A stretch of DNA of 32,000 nt from Thermofilum pendens Hrk 5 (lineage in GTDB: Archaea > Thermoproteota > Thermoprotei > Thermofilales > Thermofilaceae). A program made the position numbers and the translations under genes. How positions within the stretch are numbered: position 1 is the stretch's first letter; each line of letters begins with the position of its first letter. Shown in pieces: positions 23,137 through 32,000 of this stretch. The notes under the pieces are model-generated. The model did no database searches and was not told the origin of the DNA. It saw nothing but the letters and a program-made list of their open reading frames with translations. The stretch lies in NCBI RefSeq assembly GCF_000015225.1, contig NC_008698.1:210001-242000 (forward strand). Reading direction: 5' to 3'.

Positions 23137-24450
23137 ATGAGCTTCAGCTACGACGGTTACGCGCGTCCTAGGCGCATAATACTGGATGAGCGCAAGCTTA
23201 GTAGCGAGTACGTTCCGCTGAAGCTTCCTCACAGGGCGGAGCAGATAGCGGAAACTCTCAGGGTTATGCAGGACGTTATTAGGGGTCAGAAGGACGTTCT
23301 CCGCACGATTATCTACGCTGGGCAGGCGGGCACCGGGAAAACTGCGGTTGCAAGGACCATTGGTAGGGAGGTTAAGGATAAGGCCGCTAAGGGAAAGATT
23401 CCTCCCATACTCGTATCCTACGTGAACGCCCAAGAGTACCGAACGAAGTTCCAGGTTTTCAGGAAGATTGGAAGCGACTGCGGACTCGATATCCCCCGGA
23501 GGGGTTTCTCCTCTCAGGAGCTGGCAGAGTATGTGTTCGGGTTTATAAGCAGGCGCGAGAACAATGCTCTAATAATCCTAGACGAGGCAGACATTCTCGC
23601 TAAGCAGAAGGACGGCAACGAGCTCTTCTACGTTTTCTCCCGCGTCAGGGAAGTCCTACCCGAAGTCCAGCTAGGCTTAGGTTTGATCGTTATCTTCAGG
23701 CAACTGGACGAAAGCCTAGCCTACTTAGACAAAGCAGTTGTAAGCTCGCTTTCAGGGCGCGTAGTGAGGTTTAACCCTTACACTTCCCAGCAACTCCAGG
23801 ACATCCTCTGGGCGCGTATACGCGACGAAGGAGCTATCCGCGAGGAGGCGGTCTCGGAGGAGATCATAGAGATGATAGCGGACACGGTTGGCTACAACCC
23901 CGATACGAAGAGCGGGATTGGGGACGCTAGGATGGCGATCAAGGTTCTATACTACTCTGCGCTTAGAGCTGAAGGGGAGGAAAGAGAGACGATACTACCC
24001 GAAGACGTGCGTTACGTGGTGAACCAGGGCGTACTACCCTCTTACATCGACGAAGAAACCGTGACTAGGCTCCCGCTACACGAGAAGCTACTGCTACTCG
24101 CTATTACGGAGCTCTTACTACTCGAAAGGGAAAAAGCCTACGTGAACATGGGGGAGGTAGTGATACAATATGAAGACGTGTGCAATAAGTTCGGAGAGAA
24201 ACCGTTAAGGTACACTAGAATCTGGGAGAAAGTCCAGTTCCTGAAGAAAATGGGTCTCGTGGATACTAGGACGGGGCGTGGAGAGACGCGCGGCAGGACG
24301 ACGATGATCACCTTCCCGGGTCTACCCGCGAACAGCGTAGTGGGAATAAACAGAATCCCATTAGACCTCCTAGAGAAAATACTGAGAGATTCCATAGAGA
24401 AGGAGCTGAGCTCTCGGGGAGAGGAGAGGGGCGAAGAGCTTACTGAGTAG
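23137..24450 (+). CDS. cdc6: Orc1/Cdc6 replication initiator (AAA+ plus winged helix)
   Basis: The N-terminus LDERKLSSEYVP..LPHRAEQIAETL is followed by Walker A GQAGTGKT, Walker B LIILDEADIL, and a C-terminal winged helix (LPLHEKLLLLAI...KMGLVDTR). Confidence 0.92.
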   Translation: MSFSYDGYARPRRIILDERKLSSEYVPLKLPHRAEQIAETLRVMQDVIRGQKDVLRTIIYAGQAGTGKTAVARTIGREVKDKAAKGKIPPILVSYVNAQEYRTKFQVFRKIGSDCGLDIPRRGFSSQELAEYVFGFISRRENNALIILDEADILAKQKDGNELFYVFSRVREVLPEVQLGLGLIVIFRQLDESLAYLDKAVVSSLSGRVVRFNPYTSQQLQDILWARIRDEGAIREEAVSEEIIEMIADTVGYNPDTKSGIGDARMAIKVLYYSALRAEGEERETILPEDVRYVVNQGVLPSYIDEETVTRLPLHEKLLLLAITELLLLEREKAYVNMGEVVIQYEDVCNKFGEKPLRYTRIWEKVQFLKKMGLVDTRTGRGETRGRTTMITFPGLPANSVVGINRIPLDLLEKILRDSIEKELSSRGEERGEELTE

Positions 24451-25681
24451 CGAGCTCTAAGGCGTCCTCTGGGACGCCGAGATTCCGCAGTATCTCTAAT
24501 GCCCTCTTCTTGTCGTGCTCGTAGATAACCCTGAGATACGGGAGAACGTCCGTTCTGAACTTAGACGTAGAGACGTGAATCTTCGCCGCTGCACCTCTAA
24601 CGGCGCGTACGAACTTCTCCCTCTTTTCCTTCGATCGCGCAAGTATCCTTAGCTTCTCCGGAAAAGAATACTTCACGAACTTGAAGGGTGGACGCTCCCG
24701 CGCGCTTGCCACGCCGGCAGTCATAAGCTCCAACGCGTAGGAGAGCAACGCCCACTGCTGCTCCCTCTTCATCCTGGTCAACATTATGTCAGCCCATGAG
24801 AGAGCGTCGTATGCGTCGGCTATCGCCTGCAAGCTGGGTTCGTACTGGTACACGATGTTCTCGCTTAGCCACTGCATAAGCATTTCGTAGTCGAGCGACG
24901 GCAACCTGGTGACAGCTAGGGCCTGCTCGGGGTACTTAGCCGTTAAAACGCTTCTCACGATGTCGAATATGGTTTCCTGCTCAGCCCTGTCCCCTAGGAT
25001 CTGGAGGTCGGCGAGGCTTATAGTCTTCTTCCCCATGGCGAGAGACTGCAGGTCGTTTATCGCTGCCCTCAGGTCTCCCTTAGCGTTATCCGCGATAGCG
25101 GATAGAACCTCCCTTGAGCACTCGACACCCTCCTTTGAGCAGATGTTCTCCAAGACCTTCATTATGTCCCTCTTGCCTATCTTCTTGAACTCGATGAGCT
25201 CGCAGAGGTCTCTTAGAGGTCTAAGCTTTGGATCCCATGGGTCGTTGGCCGTTAGAACTATGGGCCAGTTGGATTTCTCTATAAGCTCTACAATCGCCTG
25301 GAGCCCTCCAGCGTCCTCCTTGGTCGATATCCCGTCAACCTCGTCTAGAAGTATTATCTTCCCGGAGTAGCCGAGCACGGATCGGGTGTTCAGCGCTCCT
25401 AGGAGCCTCTGTTGCAAGGCTTCGCGCGTCCTCACGTCGCTAGCGTTCAGCTCTATCAACTCCCACGAGAACTCCTTGGCCGTTGCGTGTACTATGCTTG
25501 TCTTACCGCTCCCGGGAGGCCCGTAGAGCAGAGCGGCCTTCTTGCTGGGTTTCCCCTTGACCCAGGAGTTTATCCAAGCCACGTACTTCTTTTTTGCCTC
25601 CTCGTTTCCCACTACGTCGGCAATTCTGGCGGGCCTATACTTCTCGGTCCAAGGGACTAGCTGAACTTTTACGGCGGACAT
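24440..25681 (-). CDS. rfcL: Replication factor C large subunit
   Basis: Contains WTEKYRP..I.DVVGNEE, Walker A GPPGSGKTS, ILLDEVDGI, and a long helical C-terminal region. It lies immediately downstream of rfcS. Confidence 0.9.
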   Translation of the reverse strand: MSAVKVQLVPWTEKYRPARIADVVGNEEAKKKYVAWINSWVKGKPSKKAALLYGPPGSGKTSIVHATAKEFSWELIELNASDVRTREALQQRLLGALNTRSVLGYSGKIILLDEVDGISTKEDAGGLQAIVELIEKSNWPIVLTANDPWDPKLRPLRDLCELIEFKKIGKRDIMKVLENICSKEGVECSREVLSAIADNAKGDLRAAINDLQSLAMGKKTISLADLQILGDRAEQETIFDIVRSVLTAKYPEQALAVTRLPSLDYEMLMQWLSENIVYQYEPSLQAIADAYDALSWADIMLTRMKREQQWALLSYALELMTAGVASARERPPFKFVKYSFPEKLRILARSKEKREKFVRAVRGAAAKIHVSTSKFRTDVLPYLRVIYEHDKKRALEILRNLGVPEDALELATQ

Positions 25682-25687
25682 CCCCGG

Positions 25688-26665
25688 CTAACCCTTAGCA
25701 GCTTTCTTCGAGACCAGTGCAAGCTTCGAGAGCAACGCCATTAACTGTATTTCATCGTCGGACCCTTCCACTATCCTGTAGTTTGTTTCTCCGACCAGTA
25801 CAAGTAGCTCTGCCAAGGTAGCATCGTCGAGCCTAACGCTCTTCTGTGAGAGCACCTCCCTGTGGATAAAGCGTATTATGTCGACGCCGGACAAGCCGTA
25901 GTTGTAGAGCAGAAGCCTAAGCTTGTCCCTAGCCTCCAACAGGTTACCCTTCAATGCGCTTTCAATCATCTCTCTTACTTCTTTGGGCTTCACGCGGCCG
26001 AGTGCCGCGTATACGACCTCCTCTGTTACGTTCCTGCTGATAGCGGAGGCTGCCTGCAAGGTGTTTATAGCTTTCCTAAGGTCGCCCTGACTCTCCTCCC
26101 ATATTGCTTCGAGAGCCCCGTCGTCAACCGTTATCCCCTCTTGCTGGGCTATCCACCTCAACCTCTGGAACGCGTCCCCCTTCGGTAGAGGCTGGAACCT
26201 GAACACCGCGCATCTAGACTGTATCGGCTCTATTATCTTGGAGGCATAGTTAGCTATCAGGATAAAGCGAGTGTTCCTCGAGAAAAGCTCCATGGTCCTC
26301 CTCAGAGCTTGTTGTGCGTCGCCAGTCATGTTGTCTGCCTCGTCCAGTATAACCAGCTTGAACGGCACGTCGCCTATAGGCAACGTCCTTGCGTAGTCCT
26401 TTATCCTGCTCCTGATAACGTCGATGCCTCTCTCATCGCTGGCGTTTAGCTCCAGAGTATTGTCACGCCAACTTTCGCCGTACAGGTCGTGCGCTAGAGC
26501 GAGAGCCGCAGTAGTTTTCCCAGTCCCGGGAGGTCCCGCGAAAAGGAGATGCGGCATGTTCTTGTTCTTCACGAACTCTTTAAGCCTCTTCACGATCTCT
26601 TCCTGGTCCACTATCTCGTCGAGGCTCCTAGGCCTGTACTTCTCAACCCATAACTCCTCGGACAT
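25688..26665 (-). CDS. rfcS: Replication factor C small subunit (no intein)
   Basis: Contains WVEKYRPRSLDEIVDQEEIV, GPPGTGKTT, VILDEADNMT, SRCAVFRF and the SRC motif. At 325 aa it is the uninterrupted length. Confidence 0.95.
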   Translation of the reverse strand: MSEELWVEKYRPRSLDEIVDQEEIVKRLKEFVKNKNMPHLLFAGPPGTGKTTAALALAHDLYGESWRDNTLELNASDERGIDVIRSRIKDYARTLPIGDVPFKLVILDEADNMTGDAQQALRRTMELFSRNTRFILIANYASKIIEPIQSRCAVFRFQPLPKGDAFQRLRWIAQQEGITVDDGALEAIWEESQGDLRKAINTLQAASAISRNVTEEVVYAALGRVKPKEVREMIESALKGNLLEARDKLRLLLYNYGLSGVDIIRFIHREVLSQKSVRLDDATLAELLVLVGETNYRIVEGSDDEIQLMALLSKLALVSKKAAKG

Positions 26666-26740
26666 TGCTCATCACGCAAATAACGCGTTCAAACAAACTT
26701 AAGTGTGTATTGTATATAAAAGTGGCTCGCGTGCTGCGCG

Positions 26741-27343
26741 CTATCTGGCCGCGAGGGCCACTCTTTCTACTTCTTCCTTCTTGCGCAACGCGTAACTATT
26801 CGGGTCTCCGTACGCTGCCGCCACTATTTCATCTGCAAGGCACTCCTCTATGGGCTTCGGGTTGTTAAACGCGCAAGCCCTAGCACCCTCCGTGATAAAC
26901 CTTAAGGCTAAGTCTACGCGACGCTGCGGGGATACGTCTACAGACACGTGGTAGAGGATACCTCCGTATATTACGCGTGTAGTCTCCTCCCTTGGAGATG
27001 CGTTTTCTATCGCCCAAACAAGCACCTGTATGGGGTTTTTACCCGTTTTAAGCTCTATTATCTCGAACGCCCTTTTAACTATGTTTAGTGCCAGCATCTT
27101 CTTGCCGGCGTTCCTCCCGGGACGCATCAAATTGTTAGCAAGCCTCTCGACGATCGAGACTCTAGCCTTCGCAAACCTCTTCTTCGCATGCCTCCCCTCC
27201 GAGTGAGGTACCAGGACAGGCTTCAGCGAGATGTACTTCTTAAGCCCCGGATCCCTTATTTCCACGTCCCTAGTGCTCCACCGGTCGAATACCTTGATCT
27301 CGTTGCCATCAAGAGTAGTTATGTACTGGTCGCCTTCTGCCAT
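26741..27343 (-). CDS. rps7: 30S ribosomal protein uS7
   Basis: Contains KVFDRW...[28 protein letters not shown]...IVERL.N.LM and the C-terminal ...AAYGD..SYA..KKEE.ERVA. Confidence 0.95.
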   Translation of the reverse strand: MAEGDQYITTLDGNEIKVFDRWSTRDVEIRDPGLKKYISLKPVLVPHSEGRHAKKRFAKARVSIVERLANNLMRPGRNAGKKMLALNIVKRAFEIIELKTGKNPIQVLVWAIENASPREETTRVIYGGILYHVSVDVSPQRRVDLALRFITEGARACAFNNPKPIEECLADEIVAAAYGDPNSYALRKKEEVERVALAAR

Positions 27344-27422
27344 CTACATCCCTCAGCCTTGAGAACAAGTAAGAAATAAATCTTTTACGCCTGAGTGTGA
27401 ACTTCTCGCACTTGAGCGGCGG

Positions 27423-28928
27423 TTAGCCTTTCACCACTGCTATGGGCGTCATCCTCACTATCTTCCTAGCAATGCCGACTGCATCCGCGACCATAACTAC
27501 TCTGTCCACGTCCTTGTACGCGTCTGGAGCCTCCTCGGCGACGACAGCTAGGCTCGCAGCCCTAACCACTATACCTCTACTCTCAAGCTCGGACTTTATC
27601 TCCTGTCCCCTCACGCTTCTACGCGCTTCAGCGCGGCTCTGCATCCTTCCAGCGCCGTGCGGAGAGGAGCCGAACGTCAAATCCATGGCTTTCTGCGTTC
27701 CTACGAGTATGTAGCTCGCAGTACCCATAGAGCCGGGTATCAGGACGGGTTGACCTATGGATTTGTAGTCTGCGGGGATCTCTGGGTGCCCGGGTGGAAA
27801 GGCCCGCGTAGCCCCCTTCCTGTGAACGTAGACTTTCACTCTTTTACCGTCCACCACGTGCTCCTCGAGCTTGGCAATGTTGTGAGCTACGTCGTAGATC
27901 ACATTGAGACCGAGCTTATCCGGGTCTGTCTTGAAAACCGCTCGGAAGCTTTCCCTAACCCAGTGTGTGATAACCTGCCTATTCGTCCAGGCAAAGTTCG
28001 CCGCGGCCTTCATGGCTGCGAAGTACCTTTCGGCCTCCGGGGACGTCGCCGGCACGGATACAAGCTCCCTGTCCGGTAGCGGCATGTTGTACTTTCTTAC
28101 GACTCTCTCCATTATCTTCAGATAGTCGCTTGCAACCTGGTGTCCAAGCCCCCTGCTACCTGTGTGTATCATTACGGTTACTTGTCCCTCCCTCTCAATC
28201 CCGAAAACCTTTGCAACCTCGGGGTCGTAGATTTTGTCAACCCTCTGGACTTCCAGGAAGTGGTTCCCGCTACCCAGCGTGCCCAGCTGGTTGCTACCCC
28301 TCTGCTTGGCCTCGTTGGACACCGCGTCTGCATCTGCGCCCTCCATTCTCCCCTTCTCCTCTATATGCTCCATGTCCTCTCTCCAGCCGTAGCCTCTTTC
28401 AATAGCCCACTCGACCCCCTCCTCGAGTACGCGGTCCAGCTCCGCGTGGCTCAGCCTTAAACCACTCGTGCTTCCAAGCCCCGAGGGGATCTTCCTGAAA
28501 AGGGTCTCTGCGAGCTCCCTGAGTTTCGGCCTAACCTCCTGCTCCGTAAGGTTCGTGGACAGGACTCTTACGCCGCAGTTGATATCGTAGCCTACGCCTC
28601 CGGGGCTAAGCACGCCTTTCTCTGCATCGAACGCGGCGACGCCGCCTATTGGGAAGCCGTAACCCTGGTGGCCGTCTGGAAGAACTATAGAGTACTTGTA
28701 GATGCCCGGCAACATGGCAACGTTAGCGACCTGCTCGAGCGTTAAATCCTCCTTCATCTTCGATATTAACACTTCATCCGCTATGACGAGCCCCGGCACG
28801 TTCATGCCGGGCTTGTACTTCTCCGGTATTTCCCATAGGTACTCGGTGATCCTCCTAAGTGGCGGAGCCATAACTGTTTCACCACCGACAGCTATATAGG
28901 AACCGCGCGAAATAAGCTTTTTTATCAT
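27423..28928 (-). CDS. rtcB: RNA-splicing ligase RtcB (3'-phosphate/5'-hydroxyl tRNA ligase)
   Basis: Contains GYDINCGVR, GSGNHFLE, HTGSRGLGHQ, PGSMG and HGAGR. The likely true start is M20 at 28871 (MAPPLRRITEYLWEIP). A CTATATAG TATA box at 28892-28899 is centred about 25 nt upstream of it, implying a leaderless mRNA. Confidence 0.95.
   Translation of the reverse strand: MIKKLISRGSYIAVGGETVMAPPLRRITEYLWEIPEKYKPGMNVPGLVIADEVLISKMKEDLTLEQVANVAMLPGIYKYSIVLPDGHQGYGFPIGGVAAFDAEKGVLSPGGVGYDINCGVRVLSTNLTEQEVRPKLRELAETLFRKIPSGLGSTSGLRLSHAELDRVLEEGVEWAIERGYGWREDMEHIEEKGRMEGADADAVSNEAKQRGSNQLGTLGSGNHFLEVQRVDKIYDPEVAKVFGIEREGQVTVMIHTGSRGLGHQVASDYLKIMERVVRKYNMPLPDRELVSVPATSPEAERYFAAMKAAANFAWTNRQVITHWVRESFRAVFKTDPDKLGLNVIYDVAHNIAKLEEHVVDGKRVKVYVHRKGATRAFPPGHPEIPADYKSIGQPVLIPGSMGTASYILVGTQKAMDLTFGSSPHGAGRMQSRAEARRSVRGQEIKSELESRGIVVRAASLAVVAEEAPDAYKDVDRVVMVADAVGIARKIVRMTPIAVVKG
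28892..28899 (-). promoter_or_regulatory. TATA box (CTATATAG) for rtcB
   Basis: Centred about 25 nt upstream of the internal ATG at 28871. It lies inside the 5' extension of the ORF-track model. Confidence 0.45.
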
Positions 28929-28939
28929 AAAATGATAAA
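28921..28939. promoter_or_regulatory. Perfect 8-3-8 palindrome TTTATCAT-AAA-ATGATAAA, candidate operator in the rtcB / wHTH-regulator divergent region
   Basis: Read directly. It lies 9-27 nt upstream of the regulator GTG (28948), overlapping the expected TATA position, and 22-40 nt upstream of the rtcB TATA. Confidence 0.45.
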
Positions 28940-28947
28940 CTTAGCAT

Positions 28948-29331
28948 GTGACGATAAAGATAGTTGTCGAGAGGCTTCCAACGAGGGAAGACATGGACCC
29001 GGTAACCCTTAGAAGACACCCGGCGCTGAGGCAACTGTACTCGCTTTACGAGGAGGAAGGCGAGGTAGCCCCGAAGATCATCAGAGAGAATCTCAGCGTA
29101 GAAGCTGCCCGCAAAGTGCTCAGCAACAGGGTTATCGAGCTTCTCTCTGCGATAAAGGAAAACAAAGGCGCGTCGATCTCCGAGCTTGCTAGGATACTGC
29201 GTAGATCCCCTTCAAACGTCTATAGAGACCTAGCAGAGCTTGCACGCTGGAGGATCATCAAGCTTAGAGAGGATGGGAGGAAAAAGGTGCCCGAGATCAT
29301 AGCCAAGAAGATAGAGATAGAGATTCTTTGA
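28948..29331 (+). CDS. Winged helix-turn-helix transcriptional regulator (ArsR/TrmB-like C-terminal domain)
   Basis: Contains GASISELARILRRSPSNVYRDLAELARWRIIKLREDGRKK, an HTH plus wing. The N-terminal roughly 60 aa are not recognised. Confidence 0.7.
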   Translation: MTIKIVVERLPTREDMDPVTLRRHPALRQLYSLYEEEGEVAPKIIRENLSVEAARKVLSNRVIELLSAIKENKGASISELARILRRSPSNVYRDLAELARWRIIKLREDGRKKVPEIIAKKIEIEIL

Positions 29332-29339
29332 GAGGAGAG

Positions 29340-29837
29340 CTAAATGTCGGGGACGTACTCGACGACGTAGCAGTTGTCTTCGCGGTAAATCCTCATCTCG
29401 TGGTAGGTTATTGCCTTTACGAGAACCCTGGACTCGTGTTTATCTGGAGAGAAACGCTCTCCGGAGACCACGGCGGTAAGCCTGTAGCCTTCCTCCGTCT
29501 TGCTTATCCTCAAGCTTTTCACTCGTGACACGAGGAATCCCTCCGTGTCGAGCAATACGAGGAGATTCTCGAGGAAGTTGTAAAGCAGGTTCTCGAGGTC
29601 AAACCCTTCGGCTACCACTTCGCGGTCTTCAAGAGGCTCTATGGACGCTACGCTCGTCATAACCTCGTACATCCCTACGGCAGCATTTGAAAAGGCCTCT
29701 TCTATGGACCTTCCCTTCGCCCTAACCATTATATCGGCAGTATGGGGTAAAAGCTCGAACCCCCCGCACGTCCCGCTCATACCCTCCACGACCCCCTTCT
29801 TCACAGCAGGCGATAAACGTTTCTGCATCGCGCGCAT
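29340..29837 (-). CDS. Archease (RtcB activator / chaperone family)
   Basis: Contains FELLPHTADIMVRAKGRSIEEAFSNAAVGMYEVM...KAITYHEM, the archease signature. The start may be M20 at 29780 (MSGTCGGFELL). Confidence 0.85.
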   Translation of the reverse strand: MRAMQKRLSPAVKKGVVEGMSGTCGGFELLPHTADIMVRAKGRSIEEAFSNAAVGMYEVMTSVASIEPLEDREVVAEGFDLENLLYNFLENLLVLLDTEGFLVSRVKSLRISKTEEGYRLTAVVSGERFSPDKHESRVLVKAITYHEMRIYREDNCYVVEYVPDI

Positions 29838-29838
29838 G

Positions 29839-30948
29839 CTATACGCGTAGCCCCCTCTGAACCACCCAGTCCTTCAGCTCCCCGGTTATAACGATCGGCG
29901 CATTCTTGAGGTCTGCGAGAGTCCGCCCACCTGTGAGGAAAACCGCTATCTTAAGCTCGCGGATAACTTTCTCCAGGAACCTGTATCCCCCCTCGACGCC
30001 CCTGTAGTACACTTCCTTCAATACCGGTAGGGCTAGTCCGGCGAAATCTGCGCCAAGGCGGATCACCTTAGCCGCGTCCAAGCCGCTTCTTATGCCGCCC
30101 GTAGCGATGAGCAGTATGTCTGGTAACGCCGAGCGCACTTCGAGCACGCTGGCCGCGGTGGGGATACCCCACCCTGCAAACTCGAAGGCTATCTCTTCGT
30201 GAAGATCGAGCCCCGCGTAGCGCGCCCTTAAACCCTCTATAACCGCGAAGGATGTTCCCCCCGCGCCTCCAACGTCGACCCCCTTTACCCCCGTATCGGC
30301 GATTTTCAGCGCGGATTCCCTGGAGAAGCCCTCCCCTGTTTGCTTCAAAATCACGGGGACTTTTACGCTCTTCACGATCTCCCTGAGGTTTCCGAGGAAG
30401 TTCTTGAAGGAGGGTTCTCCTTCGGGCTGAAGCACCTCCTGCAGAGGGTTTAGGTGAACGGCAAGCGCGTCCGCGCCGACCATGTCCAGCAACTCCTGCA
30501 CCTCGCCGGCACTGAGGCCCATTGATACCTGGCTAGCCCCTATATTGGCTATCACCGGTACGTCCGGCGCCTTCTCGCGTACAACTCTAAATGTCTCAAC
30601 GGCAGCCCTGTCCTTCAGTGCCGCACGCTGGCTACCAACGCCTATGGGTACCTTCAACCTCTGGGCAACCTCGGCGAGCATGGCGTTGACTTTTCCACCC
30701 ATGGGGGTGCCTCCTGTCATCCCGCTGATGACGATAGGCGCCGCGACCTCGTATCCAAGGAACTTCGTGGACACGTCCACATCGGAGAAGTTTGCCTCGA
30801 GTACAGTCTGGTGTACAAACCTGACGCATTCAAGTAGAGTGGTTACTCCGCGCGCCTGAACGTTTTCCTTGAGCGAGTATACCAGGTGCTGGTCCTTCCT
30901 CGTGAATATGATATCCGACGACATGCCGGGCTTACAAGAGTTAAGCAA
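29839..30948 (-). CDS. fni: Type 2 (FMN-dependent) isopentenyl-diphosphate delta-isomerase
   Basis: Contains ISGMTGG, GVGSQRAAL, ANIGA, KQTGEG and GGAGGTSFA..E. The likely start is the ATG at 30924 (MSSDIIFTRK), with gactttattatt TATA-like sequence about 30 nt upstream. Confidence 0.9.
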   Translation of the reverse strand: MLNSCKPGMSSDIIFTRKDQHLVYSLKENVQARGVTTLLECVRFVHQTVLEANFSDVDVSTKFLGYEVAAPIVISGMTGGTPMGGKVNAMLAEVAQRLKVPIGVGSQRAALKDRAAVETFRVVREKAPDVPVIANIGASQVSMGLSAGEVQELLDMVGADALAVHLNPLQEVLQPEGEPSFKNFLGNLREIVKSVKVPVILKQTGEGFSRESALKIADTGVKGVDVGGAGGTSFAVIEGLRARYAGLDLHEEIAFEFAGWGIPTAASVLEVRSALPDILLIATGGIRSGLDAAKVIRLGADFAGLALPVLKEVYYRGVEGGYRFLEKVIRELKIAVFLTGGRTLADLKNAPIVITGELKDWVVQRGLRV

Positions 30949-30986
30949 TAATAAAGTCTGCGCGAGTTTTCTCCCAGCCCGTTTGT

Positions 30987-31850
30987 CTATGTGCGTGCGA
31001 ACGCGAGGGAGGCATATGCCACTACGCTACTTTTATCCCCCGTGACGTCTCCGGAGTCAGCGTACTTCAATAAGCGGACGTTGGCGTAGCCAAGCTTCTT
31101 CGCGATGTAGATTAGCGCCATGACGGGCCCTGGACCGCACATCGAGATATCCTCCTCTATGACCGCGTTGTATAACCCCTCGGCGTCCAGGAACAGTACC
31201 CTCTCTATAGCCACTTTATCCTTCTCGGCCGCTATCCTGGACTCCACGTAGTGGCTCATATCGCTACTCGCGACAACGTAGGCTCTAAGACCCTTCTCCA
31301 TTATGAGCCCCGCGATAGCCTCGCCGACTCTCCGGGCGGCCTCCGGCGTCTGAAGCATCATCGATATCGGTACTATCGTGAAGCCCTCCCCGAATACGAA
31401 CTGGAGGAAAGGCACCTGTACCTCTATGGAGTGCTCGTAGGCGTGCGCCTGGAAGTCGAAGCGGATGATCTGCTCCCTCGAGGCAAGCTCCTTCGAGACC
31501 CTGAAGTCGACCTCGACGTCTCCCAGCGGGGTCTCCCATACCTCGTTTTCGTCCAACGCTATCGGGGCTCCGAGCGCGTGATGGTTCGGGCCAAGGATGA
31601 ATACCACGTCCGGCTTACCTCCCTCTGCTAGAGCTAAGTAGGCATGGGCGGCCACGTGCCCCGAGTAAATGTAGCCGGCGTGCGGTGCTACCACGCCTAT
31701 CAGATTCCCGGTGTAGCTTCCAGGTTTCTCGGGCAACTTCCCTGGACCCAGCTCGTGTAGAAAGGCGTTTTTCAAAGCCTCGATCAACTCCCGCTTTTCT
31801 GCAGGGTAGAAGTAGCCGGCGTGCACCGCGGGTCTCTTGGAGCGCACCAC
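30987..31850 (-). CDS. Memo-like protein (AmmeMemoRadiSam system protein B family)
   Basis: Contains AVHAGYFYP, GVVAPHAGYIYSGHVAAHAY, FILGPNHH, HSIEVQVPFLQ and SSDMSHY. Confidence 0.8.
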   Translation of the reverse strand: MVRSKRPAVHAGYFYPAEKRELIEALKNAFLHELGPGKLPEKPGSYTGNLIGVVAPHAGYIYSGHVAAHAYLALAEGGKPDVVFILGPNHHALGAPIALDENEVWETPLGDVEVDFRVSKELASREQIIRFDFQAHAYEHSIEVQVPFLQFVFGEGFTIVPISMMLQTPEAARRVGEAIAGLIMEKGLRAYVVASSDMSHYVESRIAAEKDKVAIERVLFLDAEGLYNAVIEEDISMCGPGPVMALIYIAKKLGYANVRLLKYADSGDVTGDKSSVVAYASLAFART

Positions 31851-32000
31851 GACTCGACACCCTGTTAGTGATAGCCGATCCTACTAAAATTTCTAGCGTA
31901 AGCTCCCGTTTTTACACGCAGTTCGAGAACAAGGAACCCTCCCACGTAAACCCGCTACACGACTTCGCCGGTAGTAAGTATCCTCGCTTCGAAGTCGGAG

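Noticed and set aside
26666-26680. GTGATGA immediately upstream of the rfcS ATG as a C box of an sRNA
   Set aside because: No D box (CTGA) occurs at a suitable distance downstream on that strand. The sequence is most simply part of the rfcS 5' UTR.
24440-28928. Inteins in rfcS, rfcL or rtcB
   Set aside because: All three proteins have the uninterrupted lengths (325, 413 and about 482-501 aa). Their catalytic motifs are contiguous, and no homing-endonuclease or Hint blocks are present.
31955-32000. A possible C-terminal end of another minus-strand gene (...SDFEARILTTGEVV then stop at 31955-31957)
   Set aside because: Only 14 codons are visible, too few to support a feature call.

Overview
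This is an archaeal chromosomal window, most likely from a hyperthermophilic crenarchaeote/TACK lineage. That call rests on eL19/eL32/eS4 ribosomal proteins, Orc1/Cdc6, RFC, RtcB plus archease, a tRNA with a BHB-type intron at a non-canonical position, and TATA boxes about 25-40 nt upstream of starts. No species call is possible from sequence alone. Most of the window is housekeeping: a spc-like ribosomal protein operon ending in secY (1-5939, minus strand), an rps13-rps4-rps11 operon (16872-18329), rps7, mtnA-like isomerase, M24B peptidase, class I/II aminotransferase, an enolase-superfamily enzyme, orc1/cdc6, rfcS-rfcL, rtcB, archease, type-2 IPP isomerase and a Memo-like protein. The outstanding region is about 18.46-21.13 kb. 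It lies between the rps13 promoter and the 3' end of an intron-containing tRNA-Ser(UGA). It holds an orphan 493-aa gene and a roughly 0.8-kb non-coding block of about 70-87% G+C by my hand counts, against about 53% elsewhere. That block is dense in perfect hairpins and internal repeats, is split by an 18-nt AT-only promoter-like island, and contains a G12 tract. A small acidic helical ORF with a T-run terminator follows. I read this as a candidate integrated-element remnant carrying one or more large structured RNAs; neither the RNA nor the protein can be assigned to a known family by eye. The second point of interest is an operon (12273-14491) encoding a membrane-anchored coiled-coil protein, two Roadblock/LC7 proteins and a small P-loop GTPase. 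I also report a candidate C/D-box sRNA, a perfect palindromic operator between rtcB and a wHTH regulator, and departures from canonical ribosomal operon order. All functions are inferred from motifs I read in the supplied translations; no database search was run.
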